DNA of 60,992 nt, from assembly GCA_054600435.1 (NCBI GenBank), contig BAAIJX010000035.1:186001-246992 (forward strand), given 5' to 3'. The position numbers and the translations under genes are program-made. The notes beneath the pieces were generated by a model that was not told the origin of the DNA, did not search any database, and saw only the letters and a list, made by a program, of their open reading frames with translations. Shown in pieces: positions 24,080 to 35,126 of the stretch (position 1 is its first letter; each line of letters opens with the position of its first letter). The DNA comes from Neophaeotheca triangularis (Eukaryota).

Positions 24080-24754
24080 TTAAACGTACTTGCACTGTAG
24101 GTGGGAAGGGTGTTAGTTGGTATTGCTCGCGGGTTTGCGAGGTAGGTCCGGGTGGTGGTGGGAGTGCTTCTTACCATCATGGCAACCATCAGGTCGAACA
24201 GACCAATGGCTTCGACGAAAGCGAAACCCAAAATGGCGTAAGAGAAGAGCTGGCCACGGAGAGAGGGGTTACGGGCGACAGCGGTGAGGAGAGAAGCGAA
24301 GACCAATCCGATACCGATACCAGCTGGCCTCTGTTTTAGTACAACTGACACTCGTAACAGTTCGATCCATATCATAAACCTACCACCACCAAGACCAATG
24401 GCGGCCTGACCCATACCAAGGTTCTGGGAGACCTGGACCATGGCGTTGGCCATCTCAGAAGAGTAGGCACGGCTGGCCTGGGCACCGATGGGGGAGGCCT
24501 TGTTCATCATGTTGGAGGTACGCTTCATGGTGTTGAAAGCGGTGTTCTGGCGGGCGGCGGCTGCAAGCAGAGAAAGAGCTGTTAGAACAACGGACACCCT
24601 ACGAGTTTCAGAGCCTTTTCGCGAGCTCGAGAGCTTCCGTACCAGAGTATGCGCGGGTGAACTTCTGCACGTTCATGGGGCGAGCGACCTTGGTGGTGCT
24701 CTGGGCGGCCATGGAGGCCATCTTGGGCATGGAGGTACGGAGGGAAGAGGCCAT
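24080..24754 (-). CDS. ATP9: Nuclear-encoded mitochondrial ATP synthase subunit 9 (c) precursor; exons 24754-24643, 24560-24384, 24323-24175, 24094-24080 (150 aa)
   Basis: Mature part [81 protein letters not shown] contains the GxGxGxG motif, the RNP loop and the proton-carrying Glu. It has a basic presequence, and three GT-AG introns preserve the frame. Confidence 0.96.
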
Positions 24755-26927
24755 TGCGACGGTGTTTGTGATGGAAGAGAGGTATTGGTGATGGGAGTGG
24801 AGAGGTTGTTGTTGATGATTGGTATGATGGACTGGATAGGTAGGAAGAGTAGAAGTCTGGAGAGAGCTGTTACGGGGAAAGTCAAGGTGGGTGTGGAACA
24901 GGAGCAAGGACAGCGAGCCGGCCGAGAAAATTTCAGGCTGGTCAGAGCGATGTACCAACCTCAAGGGGGTGTCATCCGGTTCCACTTGGTCTCATGGCGG
25001 GAGGTGATTGGGTGTACCGGTATCTTTCGTAACCTTTTGGACTGTGCTCAAGTCTGAGATATCCACTCTCCGGCCCTGCCCGGATCATTGACCGATAGCC
25101 ATATATCAATCACCATCTCGCTCTTCGAATGCATCGGTTTGAGGACGGTTTGGGCGTTCCTATTTGCCATCTTTGATGCTATGGTGAAAGGCCTGTTGGG
25201 TTTCTTTCCTTTACTTTGTCTCCCTTCATTGAAATGCGACGAGTACTCCTCGACGGCGCATGTTGGCACCCGTCGTCGTTGACAGTCAAAGCGTCGCCGC
25301 GCACCCCGAAATTGCCCGACAATATCAAAGCCATCCGTGAAACCGGTGTTTGCGAGCACGCGATACATTCTTTTTCCACACAAAAGCGACGAAAGCGACG
25401 GTATGACCGTTCGGAGTCATGATGGCTGCGAATGCGAGCATGTATACCCCGACGAACTACGTTTCGCTGTTCGATGCGCTTCACGACGACGACGACAGTG
25501 GGTGTTTTCGTTTTGGTGGTCCATGCCTTGCCGTCGTGGCGACAGTGGATCTGATGGTCAAGGTGTAGTCTGGGAGTGTGGGTCTCTTCGGCCTGATAGA
25601 TTTGCGCAAACGCGAGATTGGACCGAGCAGGGGGCGTAATGCGATTGGCTGGGAAACCTTCTACCGCTTCCATCCTCCCAACTCTCTCCCGCTGACCTCA
25701 TGCGGCTGACAAGGCGACGACCTCGACCACGTGCCGTTCTGGAAAGAATCTGTAGGTACCTTACATTACCTACATACCTTCTCAGAAAAAGAGGATTCGG
25801 TACGTATCTCGCTGTGAGCGTTGACCTTGTCTCATGATCAAAATCAATTTTTTCTCTTTCTTTGTGTTTTTCTTGTAGAGTTTCATCAACGTGAGATAAG
25901 AAAAAAAGACCCAGGGAACGTGACCGCGCGTGGCATCATCATCGTCGTCGTCGTCGAATCGGCCTGATCAACGGGACGAGCGAAAAACTTGACTGGCTTT
26001 TGACCCACCTATCCCTGTGTCCGAAGCGATACCGGACCGCGCTTCAGCCGCAATGAAGCCGTCATGGCATTATTAAGTTCCCGTTCGCGGATTGCCAGGT
26101 AGTCGTCGGCTTGAAGGGGTTCGAGTCGTTATAGTAATAATGTACATGACAATTCTCGCGTTTACTAGAGGTAGAAGGAAGCAAACATGTAGTCGTTACA
26201 AGCTTCGGGCATCTGCAAGCAGTTCTTTCAACTTGAGCTCGAGGGAGCTTCCCCTCTCCAGTGTCACCTACTTCCGAGGGCCGAAGAATTGCCGCGCTCA
26301 ATCTACCTCAGGCGTGCTTAGGGCGAGTGTTTGTGTAAACCCCTGAGCGAACGCTCAACAGCGCATTTGCTCTTTTACTACATCAACACCTCAGCTAGCA
26401 TTTGGTGTTGTTCATTGACTGTATTTGCAGAGGGCCAGGAGCATGCCAATTGTTCGACGGCCCTCAAAATACTGTATATATGTATGTAACCGGTGGGAAT
26501 GAATGCTAATGAATGTGTAAACATTATGGCAGTCCCATGACGCCCATCACCTCTGCGGTTGAGAACACCCTTCTTGTCATTCTAGACCATACTCGTCCCA
26601 AGCTGTTGAAAGCCTCTTCCTCTCACTCCGACGAACCTTGCTTGGTGTTGAACCGCAGGTGTCAGGGACCCACGATAGACGACGTTTGTGGGCTGTAAAT
26701 AGCTCCTTCGAAAAACGTCCCCCCTCACCTCTCCCAGAGTCAAATCTCTTGTTGAAGACTTGTATGCACTCCAGCTAGACCCCATCAGCTGCTAAAGGCC
26801 CGCTCACATTCTCTGCCCTCGTCCAACAGGCACCCTCATCTCCGACACACATTGCTCCGAAGCCACCCAAGCACACCGCTTCTCTCATCCTCACGAGATT
26901 CTCCCCAACACACACTGCCCTCTTACC

Positions 26928-28787
26928 CTAGATAGCATCAATCCCTAACCCCAACAACACCAACAACGCAACATTCAGCACAGCAATAAACAACCAAATC
27001 ACCACAGCCAACCCAGCGGTAACCCAATTATTCCGCATCTTGACGACGCCGCCATCCCCAGCAAAAACAGTCATGTAACGGTTCAGACAAGTGAACCAAA
27101 TCAACGGCGCTGTGACAAAAGGTAAAATGACACTCAAAGCCACCTGGCTGCCCTGCAAAGCCGCGCTGAGCCCATCCCTCCCCACAGCGCCCGCAATAAC
27201 AATGCTAGGGATGATGCTGATGGAGCGGGTCACGAGCCTGCGCACCCAGGGCCGCACTCGCCATGTCAGCTGGCCCTCGCTGACCATTTGGCCGGCTATG
27301 GTGCAGACGATGCCGGCGCTGACGCCGGAGAAGAGGAGCGCGAGGGCGTAGACGGTGCCGGCGGCGGGCGCGAGGCTCGAGGCTAGGAGGTTGTAGATGC
27401 CGAAGAGGTCGGCCGAGGTCGCCGAGTCGTTGCCATAGAGGCTGGCGCCTGCGACGATGAGGATGGCGCTGTTGACGAAGAGGGCGAAGGTGAAGAGCGA
27501 GATGGTTAATTCGGCGATGGAGTAGGACATGCAGCTGCGGATTGCCGCGATGCTGGGGCGGTATTTGGTTGCTTCGATTGAGGAAGCGGACGGGGCAGCG
27601 GGGTCATTGGTGTAAGCGGGAGTCTCGAGAGTGGAGTTGCCGGCTAGGTGGTTTGATTTGACGTCGAAGTCGTGAAGGCGGGATTGGATGATTCCGGAGC
27701 CTAGGTAGAGTGAGTGTGGCATTACGGTCGCTCCAAGAATACCACAGGCTTGATAGAGTCCCTGGCTTTCTACGAGAGCAGACGAAGGGGCGTAGCCGCG
27801 GAAGACCTCTCGGACACTGACATCCTCGATCAAGCTGAGCTGGAAACAAAAGCAGATGACTACGCCTAGCACCAAGAGCATCACGAAAAACTCGAAGATA
27901 CGCAGCCCTCGCATGCTGCCGCTGTTGGGGTTGTAGAAAATTAGGGTAAATAGAACATCCACGATTGAAATTGCCACGCCGGCTACCAGGGGTATGCTGA
28001 GCAGGAGATTCAGCGCGATCGCTGTGCCGATGACCTCTGCGATGTCAGTAGCTATGATAGCTGCTTCCGCGAAAACATAAAGCGTGTAGTTAGTCCACGG
28101 AGGCAAATGCTCTTTACACATCTCGGCGAGGTTGCGCCCCGTGACCGAACCTAGCTTGGTGCAAAGAGCCTGTAGAAAGATGGCGAAGAGATTAGAGAGC
28201 AAGACCATGAAAAGCAGACGAAAACGGTACTCGGCTCCCGCAGAGACACCAGTAGCATAGTTTCCTGGGTCAATGTAGGCCACGGAGATCATGAAACCGG
28301 GTCCCACGAACTGGGCGTACTTTGCAAGTACTCGCGCGGTTTTGACGATTGGTCTTTTCCACATCGGCAAAGCTGTCGAGCCATCTTCACAATCTGCACG
28401 GCGACCTCCACCGCCACTACCACCTTCCCTTGACGCACCGGAGCCTGGGTGCTCAGAAGGTAGGTGCAAGGTCCCCATGGTTTCGTCAAGCATGGCTCCA
28501 CTGCTCGTTTGCGCATGCTTCGAATGCCCATGATGTTGGCTTTTGGACCCGTCCCCGCTCCTCGTTTCCAGCTTGAATCCTGGTTTCTGATCAATGGCCG
28601 GTTGCTGCAGAGTCACGAGTTCGACTGAGTTATCGGCTCCGTCGTCGTCCAAGCGATGTCCTCGATGGTGGCGTGCATTGGCCATGCGAGACATGTCGCT
28701 CCTGGTGGTCATGTCCCCGTTTAGGGCATTGGGGTTTTGGTTCCATTCGGATTCCATCTCTGGGTCAGTCTTGGAAGGGCAGTTCAT
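26928..28787 (-). CDS. SMF1: NRAMP-family Mn2+/divalent metal transporter (Smf1/Smf2-like)
   Basis: GPGFMISVAYIDPGNYAT (DPGN signature), AIIATDIAEVIG, GATVMPHSLYLGS, CTIAGQMVSEG and about 11 TM segments in a single 619-aa ORF. The Smf1 versus Smf2 assignment is uncertain. Confidence 0.93.
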   Translation of the reverse strand: MNCPSKTDPEMESEWNQNPNALNGDMTTRSDMSRMANARHHRGHRLDDDGADNSVELVTLQQPAIDQKPGFKLETRSGDGSKSQHHGHSKHAQTSSGAMLDETMGTLHLPSEHPGSGASREGGSGGGGRRADCEDGSTALPMWKRPIVKTARVLAKYAQFVGPGFMISVAYIDPGNYATGVSAGAEYRFRLLFMVLLSNLFAIFLQALCTKLGSVTGRNLAEMCKEHLPPWTNYTLYVFAEAAIIATDIAEVIGTAIALNLLLSIPLVAGVAISIVDVLFTLIFYNPNSGSMRGLRIFEFFVMLLVLGVVICFCFQLSLIEDVSVREVFRGYAPSSALVESQGLYQACGILGATVMPHSLYLGSGIIQSRLHDFDVKSNHLAGNSTLETPAYTNDPAAPSASSIEATKYRPSIAAIRSCMSYSIAELTISLFTFALFVNSAILIVAGASLYGNDSATSADLFGIYNLLASSLAPAAGTVYALALLFSGVSAGIVCTIAGQMVSEGQLTWRVRPWVRRLVTRSISIIPSIVIAGAVGRDGLSAALQGSQVALSVILPFVTAPLIWFTCLNRYMTVFAGDGGVVKMRNNWVTAGLAVVIWLFIAVLNVALLVLLGLGIDAI

Positions 28788-29007
28788 CGTCCTTGCGAGT
28801 TCAATGTAGCAGTCAGAGGGTAGTCAGAGATCAACAAGTAGAGTTTGCTTTCAGCAGCTATGAGTGGAGTGAAAATACGATATGAGAAGCTGCTTGGCCT
28901 ACCGAGGTGACTTTATTCGAGATATACTAGACGGACTTTAGCTTTTAAGGACTGCTTTGTCAATCATGATGTGTCCCCTTTGCCCTCGGTGGGGCGCGAG
29001 GAGAATA

Positions 29008-29031
29008 CAGCAGCAGCAGCAGCAGCAGCAG
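29008..29031. repeat. (CAG)8 microsatellite in the SMF/RSM7 divergent intergenic region
   Basis: Eight perfect CAG units read directly. Confidence 0.9.
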
Positions 29032-29414
29032 CGATGGAGACAATATAGCAGCGTCCTTTACACGTTGAATACGCTTCGTCCTGACCTCATTTCTGTGCCG
29101 ATTCCCGGTCTCGCCCGAGCTACTTCTTCGTCCTGATGTCCGAAAAGCTAGCTGACGTGCGGGCATGGTGATTACCACAGAGGGAGAAAATCACAGTGCA
29201 ATGTCAAGAAGACAGCGGACGAGGACCTTGAATGTCGATTGGATATTCTTGGCAGAGTAGTTGGTAGTAAAGTCTTGGTATAGGAAAGGTAGCGATTGCA
29301 GCCTGAGGCCATCAACGTATAATCATCTCGACTCCGCTTTCGGCGTGAGTACAACCTCTTGCTTGTGAGAGGGACAGTCCCTCACTCACTGCTACAAGAT
29401 CGCCAACCCACATC

Positions 29415-30542
29415 ATGCCTCCCATCAACCCATTCCCTGCGTTCCGTACGCTGGCCTTCCGCCCACGACAGTCTTGTTTACCCAGGCCGAGCAGCAATGC
29501 AGTCATCGGGGCCAAGCGGCCAGCGACTCAATGCCGCTTCTACGCTGATGAAAAGACACTCAACAACCATGATGAGCTCCCAACAGCAGAGGGAAAGAAT
29601 GCCAAGGGGCCGAACATGCAACAGCAGGAACACGTGAGCGAGGAGGCGGCTAAAATGGCTCAAATGACAGGAGGGACAGGCCCAGACATTGAAGGCCAGG
29701 GAACACCGGTACAGGAGATACTTCAACAGGATAAGGACGCGCAAAAGACCGCGCCCAAAGTGATGAAGGATTCGATCAAGTCTGGAGAAGGCGCGCAGAA
29801 CGCAAAGCCCAGCACTGGCTCGAGGAGCTTCTCTACCTTCGCTAGGCAACGTATGGAGATGACTCCTCAGGAAGGCCCTCCAGGCTCTATTGACCCCTCC
29901 ATGATCCCGACATCTGAGCAGCGCTCAGCCTACGCCGCGGATGAAGCCTCTACAGACATCCAAGAAACAACTCCAGGGCACAAGTTCCCTCTCCCTGAGC
30001 TCCCGCTCCCCGCGAACCTGGGAAAAGACTACCGCTACGATCCGATCGTCAGCCAAGTCACCAACCTCCTTATGCGCGATGGGAAATTGGCCGCCGCCCA
30101 GCGCAACATGGCTGATGTTCTCAACTACCTGCGCACCGCCTCTCCGCCAACCTACAGCCCGACTCGACCTCTGCTCCCAGGTGCGCCGCCGGCTTCGCAC
30201 CTTCCGCTGAACCCAGTTCTGTACCTTACCCTGGCAATCGATAGCGTAGCCCCTCTGCTGCGAATTAGATCCCAACGTGGTGCAGCGGGCGGTGGTGTCG
30301 CTTTGCAGATCCCTGTGCCTCTTGGTCTGAGGCAAAGGCGACGAACAGCTGTGCAATGGATTTTGGACGCTGCTTCCAAGAAGAAGAGCAGAGCCAGTGG
30401 ACGCGGGCAGTTTGCTCAGAAGTTTGCCGAGGAGCTTGTCGCGGTTGTTGAAGGCAGGAGTGGAGTGTGGGAGAAGAGGGGTGGAGTGCATAGGATGGGA
30501 ACCACGGCGAGAAGCAACTTGAACTTCGGGAAGAGGAGATGA
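29415..30542 (+). CDS. RSM7: Mitochondrial small-subunit ribosomal protein uS7m
   Basis: Arg-rich mitochondrial presequence; S7 domain TNLLMRDGKLAAAQR...AIDSVAPLLRIR...IPVPLGLRQRRRTAVQWILDAA...FAEELVAVVEGRSGVWEKR..VHRMG..ARSN. Confidence 0.9.
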   Translation: MPPINPFPAFRTLAFRPRQSCLPRPSSNAVIGAKRPATQCRFYADEKTLNNHDELPTAEGKNAKGPNMQQQEHVSEEAAKMAQMTGGTGPDIEGQGTPVQEILQQDKDAQKTAPKVMKDSIKSGEGAQNAKPSTGSRSFSTFARQRMEMTPQEGPPGSIDPSMIPTSEQRSAYAADEASTDIQETTPGHKFPLPELPLPANLGKDYRYDPIVSQVTNLLMRDGKLAAAQRNMADVLNYLRTASPPTYSPTRPLLPGAPPASHLPLNPVLYLTLAIDSVAPLLRIRSQRGAAGGGVALQIPVPLGLRQRRRTAVQWILDAASKKKSRASGRGQFAQKFAEELVAVVEGRSGVWEKRGGVHRMGTTARSNLNFGKRR

Positions 30543-32393
30543 GCAGGGTACGTGGAAGTTGGACTTGCTCTGCTGTGTTTATGTATCAGTACCATGACTT
30601 TTTTTGCTGTTGAAGCGAGCAAAAAGTTGAAGCATGCGGCCTCCAGACGTGGCACAACCCGAAAGAATAGTTTCGTGAGCTACCTTACCGCGTCGCTTCA
30701 TCAGACACCAGGGAAAGCACTAGCGAGGACGAATGTATCTATTTCAAAGCTGGCTCACGTCGGCGACCAATTACGACAAGACCAGTGCATGTCCACGTAT
30801 CAAGTGACTGGGAACTATTGACCCCCATGAAACTCTTCACCTGGTTGGCCAAATCCGACTTAATCTACCTATCTAGAACCTAGATTGCAGGCTGCAGCTG
30901 AGCTCTATACTTATGGACAAAGCGCACAGACTTTTGAAGGTAGAAATACGCACTGTATCCACAGTACGACATCACGAACGAAGCCGTTTGGACAATAGTA
31001 ATGCAAACAGTCTGTAGTTCAACCGCGTAATTGGGAGACACGAGGCGAGGTAGTACGGTAGCACAGCGTCGTGGTAGTGCATGCTGGAAATTGACCTTGG
31101 GCGACTGTAGACTGCGGTCTGTTGGCTCAAGTATCACGTTTTCCTCGAAAATTGACAGGTCACAAGGAGACAAGACTCCCATCCTCCTCCCCGGTGCGTA
31201 ATGCATCTTCTGTAACAACGAATGCAGGGCTGATATTGAGGCAAACGGCTCTCTACTTGTCTGCATCATCATCAATCTTATCATCCTCATCCAATGTTCT
31301 TACGGTTGACCTACCTGGGTAGGTACCGAGGTCATTGCTCACCTGGGCAAACCTTGTGCCCTCGCGAGAAGCCGTGCGTGCACTCGCCAAATGTGCGTCA
31401 ACAAAATGCACGCCGTGTAACATTTGCAACCCACAGCGGTATGCACCTGTCTCGAACGAGGAACAAGGAGCACCTTTTGCCAACATTATTGCTCGCTGAG
31501 TGTCGGCCGGTCGTCGCCGGTCATTGATGGAAAACAATGGCTTTGGCTTCCCAAAGTTAGCTTTCTGCTCGCATGCGCCCATGTGCTCCGGCGCTCGGGC
31601 GAAGCGGGCGAAAAGAACATCATCACCCTTTCCCACTTGCCAAACGTGTCGATTTCTGCAGCATCTGACGATTACAGTAGTAGGTATGGAGGTATGTACT
31701 GTAGGTAGGAGGTGGTGGCGAGGGCTAAGGTACCGTTGCTAGGGACCTGCTGTATCCCCCCCGCGCAATAATGCCTTTCTTCGTTTGGTGTTGAGGCCTC
31801 CAGCTTGCTCCCATGGCCATGGCCGTGAGGAAGCTTAGTCCAAGCAAACCGGGTGCGACCTCACAGTCGACGCCATCTCTCATATCATCCATTGCTACGG
31901 TAAGGTAGGTACAGCAAGGTGGCTTCGTCTGATTTCCTTCATTCCCGTCTTCCTTTCCCCAAAAAAAGAATTCGCAAATGCCCATTGTCCCTGCCTTGGC
32001 CGGCTTGTCGTTTGCTCACCATCCCCACCCCCTCACGCGCGCCTTCCCCTGCCCTGCTTCTCCTGGAATCTGAACCCTGCAATCACATGGTGACACAGCC
32101 GACCGCGAGGAACACCGCTGCACCCACGGTGCTGGGTAACGCATGACAAGCAAAGGCCAGACGGAGCTTTACTTTCATCTTTCCCTTGCTACCCGCATCG
32201 AGAGAGTAGGTTGCCATGTAATCAATCACTCACTCATCCATACTAGTACAAGAGCCCCTCTTGCGGCGGAAGGCCACAGCCTCGACTTTTGTTCCGGCGG
32301 CCTCGAGGGAGGGAAAGAGCAAACATCTAATAACTCGTCTTCGTTACCAGCAACGTCACCGGCCACAGCTCCAACATCACCACTCTACTCACA

Positions 32394-34085
32394 ATGGCTC
32401 CAGCAAAGGCGACTACCATATCGTTGGAGGACTATGCGGCGCTGCCTCCATCCATCCAGTAAGTCTCGCCGCGATACACTCTCTCATCAAACCTGCTGTG
32501 TGAGATGTTCGCCGCCAAGGGTTAAGCCTTTTGAGTTTGACATGAAAAGAGCGGTGAAGAGTGAACACACTGCGGCCCATGGCAGCAGCGTTAAAACGTC
32601 AGAGATTTGTTGAAACGACGCATGGTTGCATTTGACAGCTACCTACAGTTGCACTGTCTACGTTGAGGAATGGGAGCTAATCATGACTTCAGACGGAAGT
32701 ACTTTTCCTCTACAGAAAGGCTCAGGATATTCCAACAAGCGGCCGCTGAGAAACGCAAAAAGTTCCCTCGGTCGAACACATCATGGCTTGCCTCAGCTTC
32801 GACTACTACCCTCGGTAGCGTCCATTCGACGTCGACGCAAAAGAAACTGCAGAAGAGGCGGACGCTTTCTAACGTCCGACCTACCAGCACTTCCACTGTG
32901 AATGAACCGTTCATTTCGACTGACCAGACGGATTGGTTCCTCAACCTGCCCGAAAAGGTTAAGAAGCAGCACCTTAGTCAAGAAGAGCAAGCTCAGCTGG
33001 CTACAAGGAGCGAACGAATAGTGCCAGGCATTTCCTCGGGCTATTCGTCCGAGGCTGGCGAAGGCTCGAGTTGTGTTCCGTCGAGCTCAAGCACGTCGCG
33101 AAGGAGCTCAATAGACTCCCTCGACAGCCTCGATATTCTGGGCAACGTCGAGGAAGACGGCTCCACTGTCGCTTCCACTGCCACCGAAATGGAGATATTC
33201 CGCTTGTATAACCGGCGGCAGAGTAAGATGCTCGAGAGCTCTTCCCAGCCGCACGAACCAAAGACTCTGATCAAACCGCCGGCCGCCCGTAAGACGCTTC
33301 GACATCGCCTCTCCTTGGTGCCTCTGCCTCTACCACCCCCTGTGCTCGCACCGCGGCCAGGCGCGCAGTCACCACGCAACTTTTCCCGCCCTGGCATCCA
33401 ACGCGAATTCTCAGCCTCGCAGTCACCCTTCCTCTCCCCTGACACGAGTTACTATCAAGACCCAACCACTCGCCATCGGCTCAAACATTGCACCGCCTCT
33501 CCAGAACGGTTCGACGAAGCCATCGAGTTCGGATTTCCCACCGCAATCCGGCCTGTCGAACTCCCCGCCAACGAATACCCAGTTCGAACGACCTCTACCT
33601 CCTGGTACACGGAGAAGAAAGACTACGACACGGATTCCTTCGAGTCCAGCGGCCCAGCAACACCAACAGCGGCGACAAGCGACTGCTCGCCGACCGTCGA
33701 CCGCTTAAGCTCCTTCTCCGACGACGACAGCCACAACACCAGAGACCGCCGCTGTACCAACGACAACTCGGACATGCCATCCGGCCCCTCGACACCTTCA
33801 GCCTGCTGGGCAGAAAAGCGCGAAATGACGCTCCGCATGACCCTGACCAAGTCGGGCCTCCTGCGCTCCCCCGACGAGGATGTGTGCGCTTGGCAGACTG
33901 AAATGCATGCAGTAGGTGGCGATGATGAAGACCGTGACTCGTCGCAGGCTGTCCAAGCGGATCCTCTAGCGCTGGAGCGACTTCCTGTCGTTTCTGAGGA
34001 TGCGACAGGGGCGGGTGGCGCTTTTGCTCTGCAGCAGAGGAGGGACAAGAGGTTGGGGAGGATGTTTAAGGGATTGAAAGTTTAG
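32394..34085 (+). CDS. Conserved Ser/Pro-rich hypothetical protein of filamentous ascomycetes; exons 32394-32458 and 32693-34085 (485 aa)
   Basis: Upstream exon MAPAKATTISLEDYAALPPSIQ splices (GTAAGT at 32459, GCTAAT branch, CAG at 32692) in frame to RKYFSSTERLR. Conserved-looking blocks WFLNLPEKVKKQHLS, YYQDP...ASPERFDEAIEFGFP and REMTLRMTLT sit in disordered sequence. Confidence 0.75.
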
Positions 34086-35126
34086 GGGGTGTAACGGGGG
34101 CAGGATGAGAGTGATTGTAGCTACGGCGAGTTTTGGTGAGCAGAGCAGGGCGAAGGGCTCTCGATTTGTCGGCGTTGAAGAGGGCTCTTAGGATTGCTGC
34201 ATTGTCGGCCATTGCGGAGCATACAGTTCGCTCAATATACCAAGGGAGGCGTTGCATGGATTAGACACCTTGGAAGCTTCGAGATTGTACTTTATAGCCA
34301 GCACGGTGGATTTTCCGCTAGACAGCTTTACCACGAGTAGACGATTTTACACCCTCAGTCTCTTCAACAACGTCCCATAGAACCTTGGAAGAATAATGTA
34401 CCTAGGTGCAGGAAATCCCCAACTCTGACCCTGCCTCCAAAGCTTGAAGGAAGCGACGGGAGACTGTTACAAGTACCGGGTAGCCACTAGCACGAATTCG
34501 GCTAAAGATGCCGGTTCTGAAATGCGGGGCAAGTACACGCCAGCCCTCAGAGCACCTGCAGCAGGCAGAGCAGACCTGAGCATCAAGTCAAGTCAAGAGC
34601 CATCTGAGATCCCGTCCTGACTGCAGCTACAAGGCAAAACTTCACCGCCGGGCCTGACCGAACCACGTCAACGACAGCGACAAGAAGAAGAAGATAATCC
34701 CATTACCTTGACTGCCAGCCCGTCCAGCTTCCACCTCACCTGCTAGCTACCTATATCCTCCCTGCTTACTACTCCTCACTGGTGAATGCGAGGATCCTGA
34801 CAAGGAGGGAAGCCGGCCACGAGCCCATGCCACAATAAAAAGCGACACCTCCGCCTTTTTGCCTTGTGCAAGCACCACCCACGCAACCGCTTGCTCCCAC
34901 ATTGCCGCAATCCACCACGTGAGACGCGGCACCCACACCGCCCACTCGAGCTTCTCCCACACACACACCTACACCAGGCCACCCACCTCATCTTCCATCC
35001 TGATCTCACATCACGATGGGCCCGCACACCAAATTGGCTTGACTGCCTAATTCGGGGGGATGCCATTGAGCTTTACAACTCGCACTTTTACGGCGACACC
35101 TCGCCCCATCGGGCGCTGCGGACACC

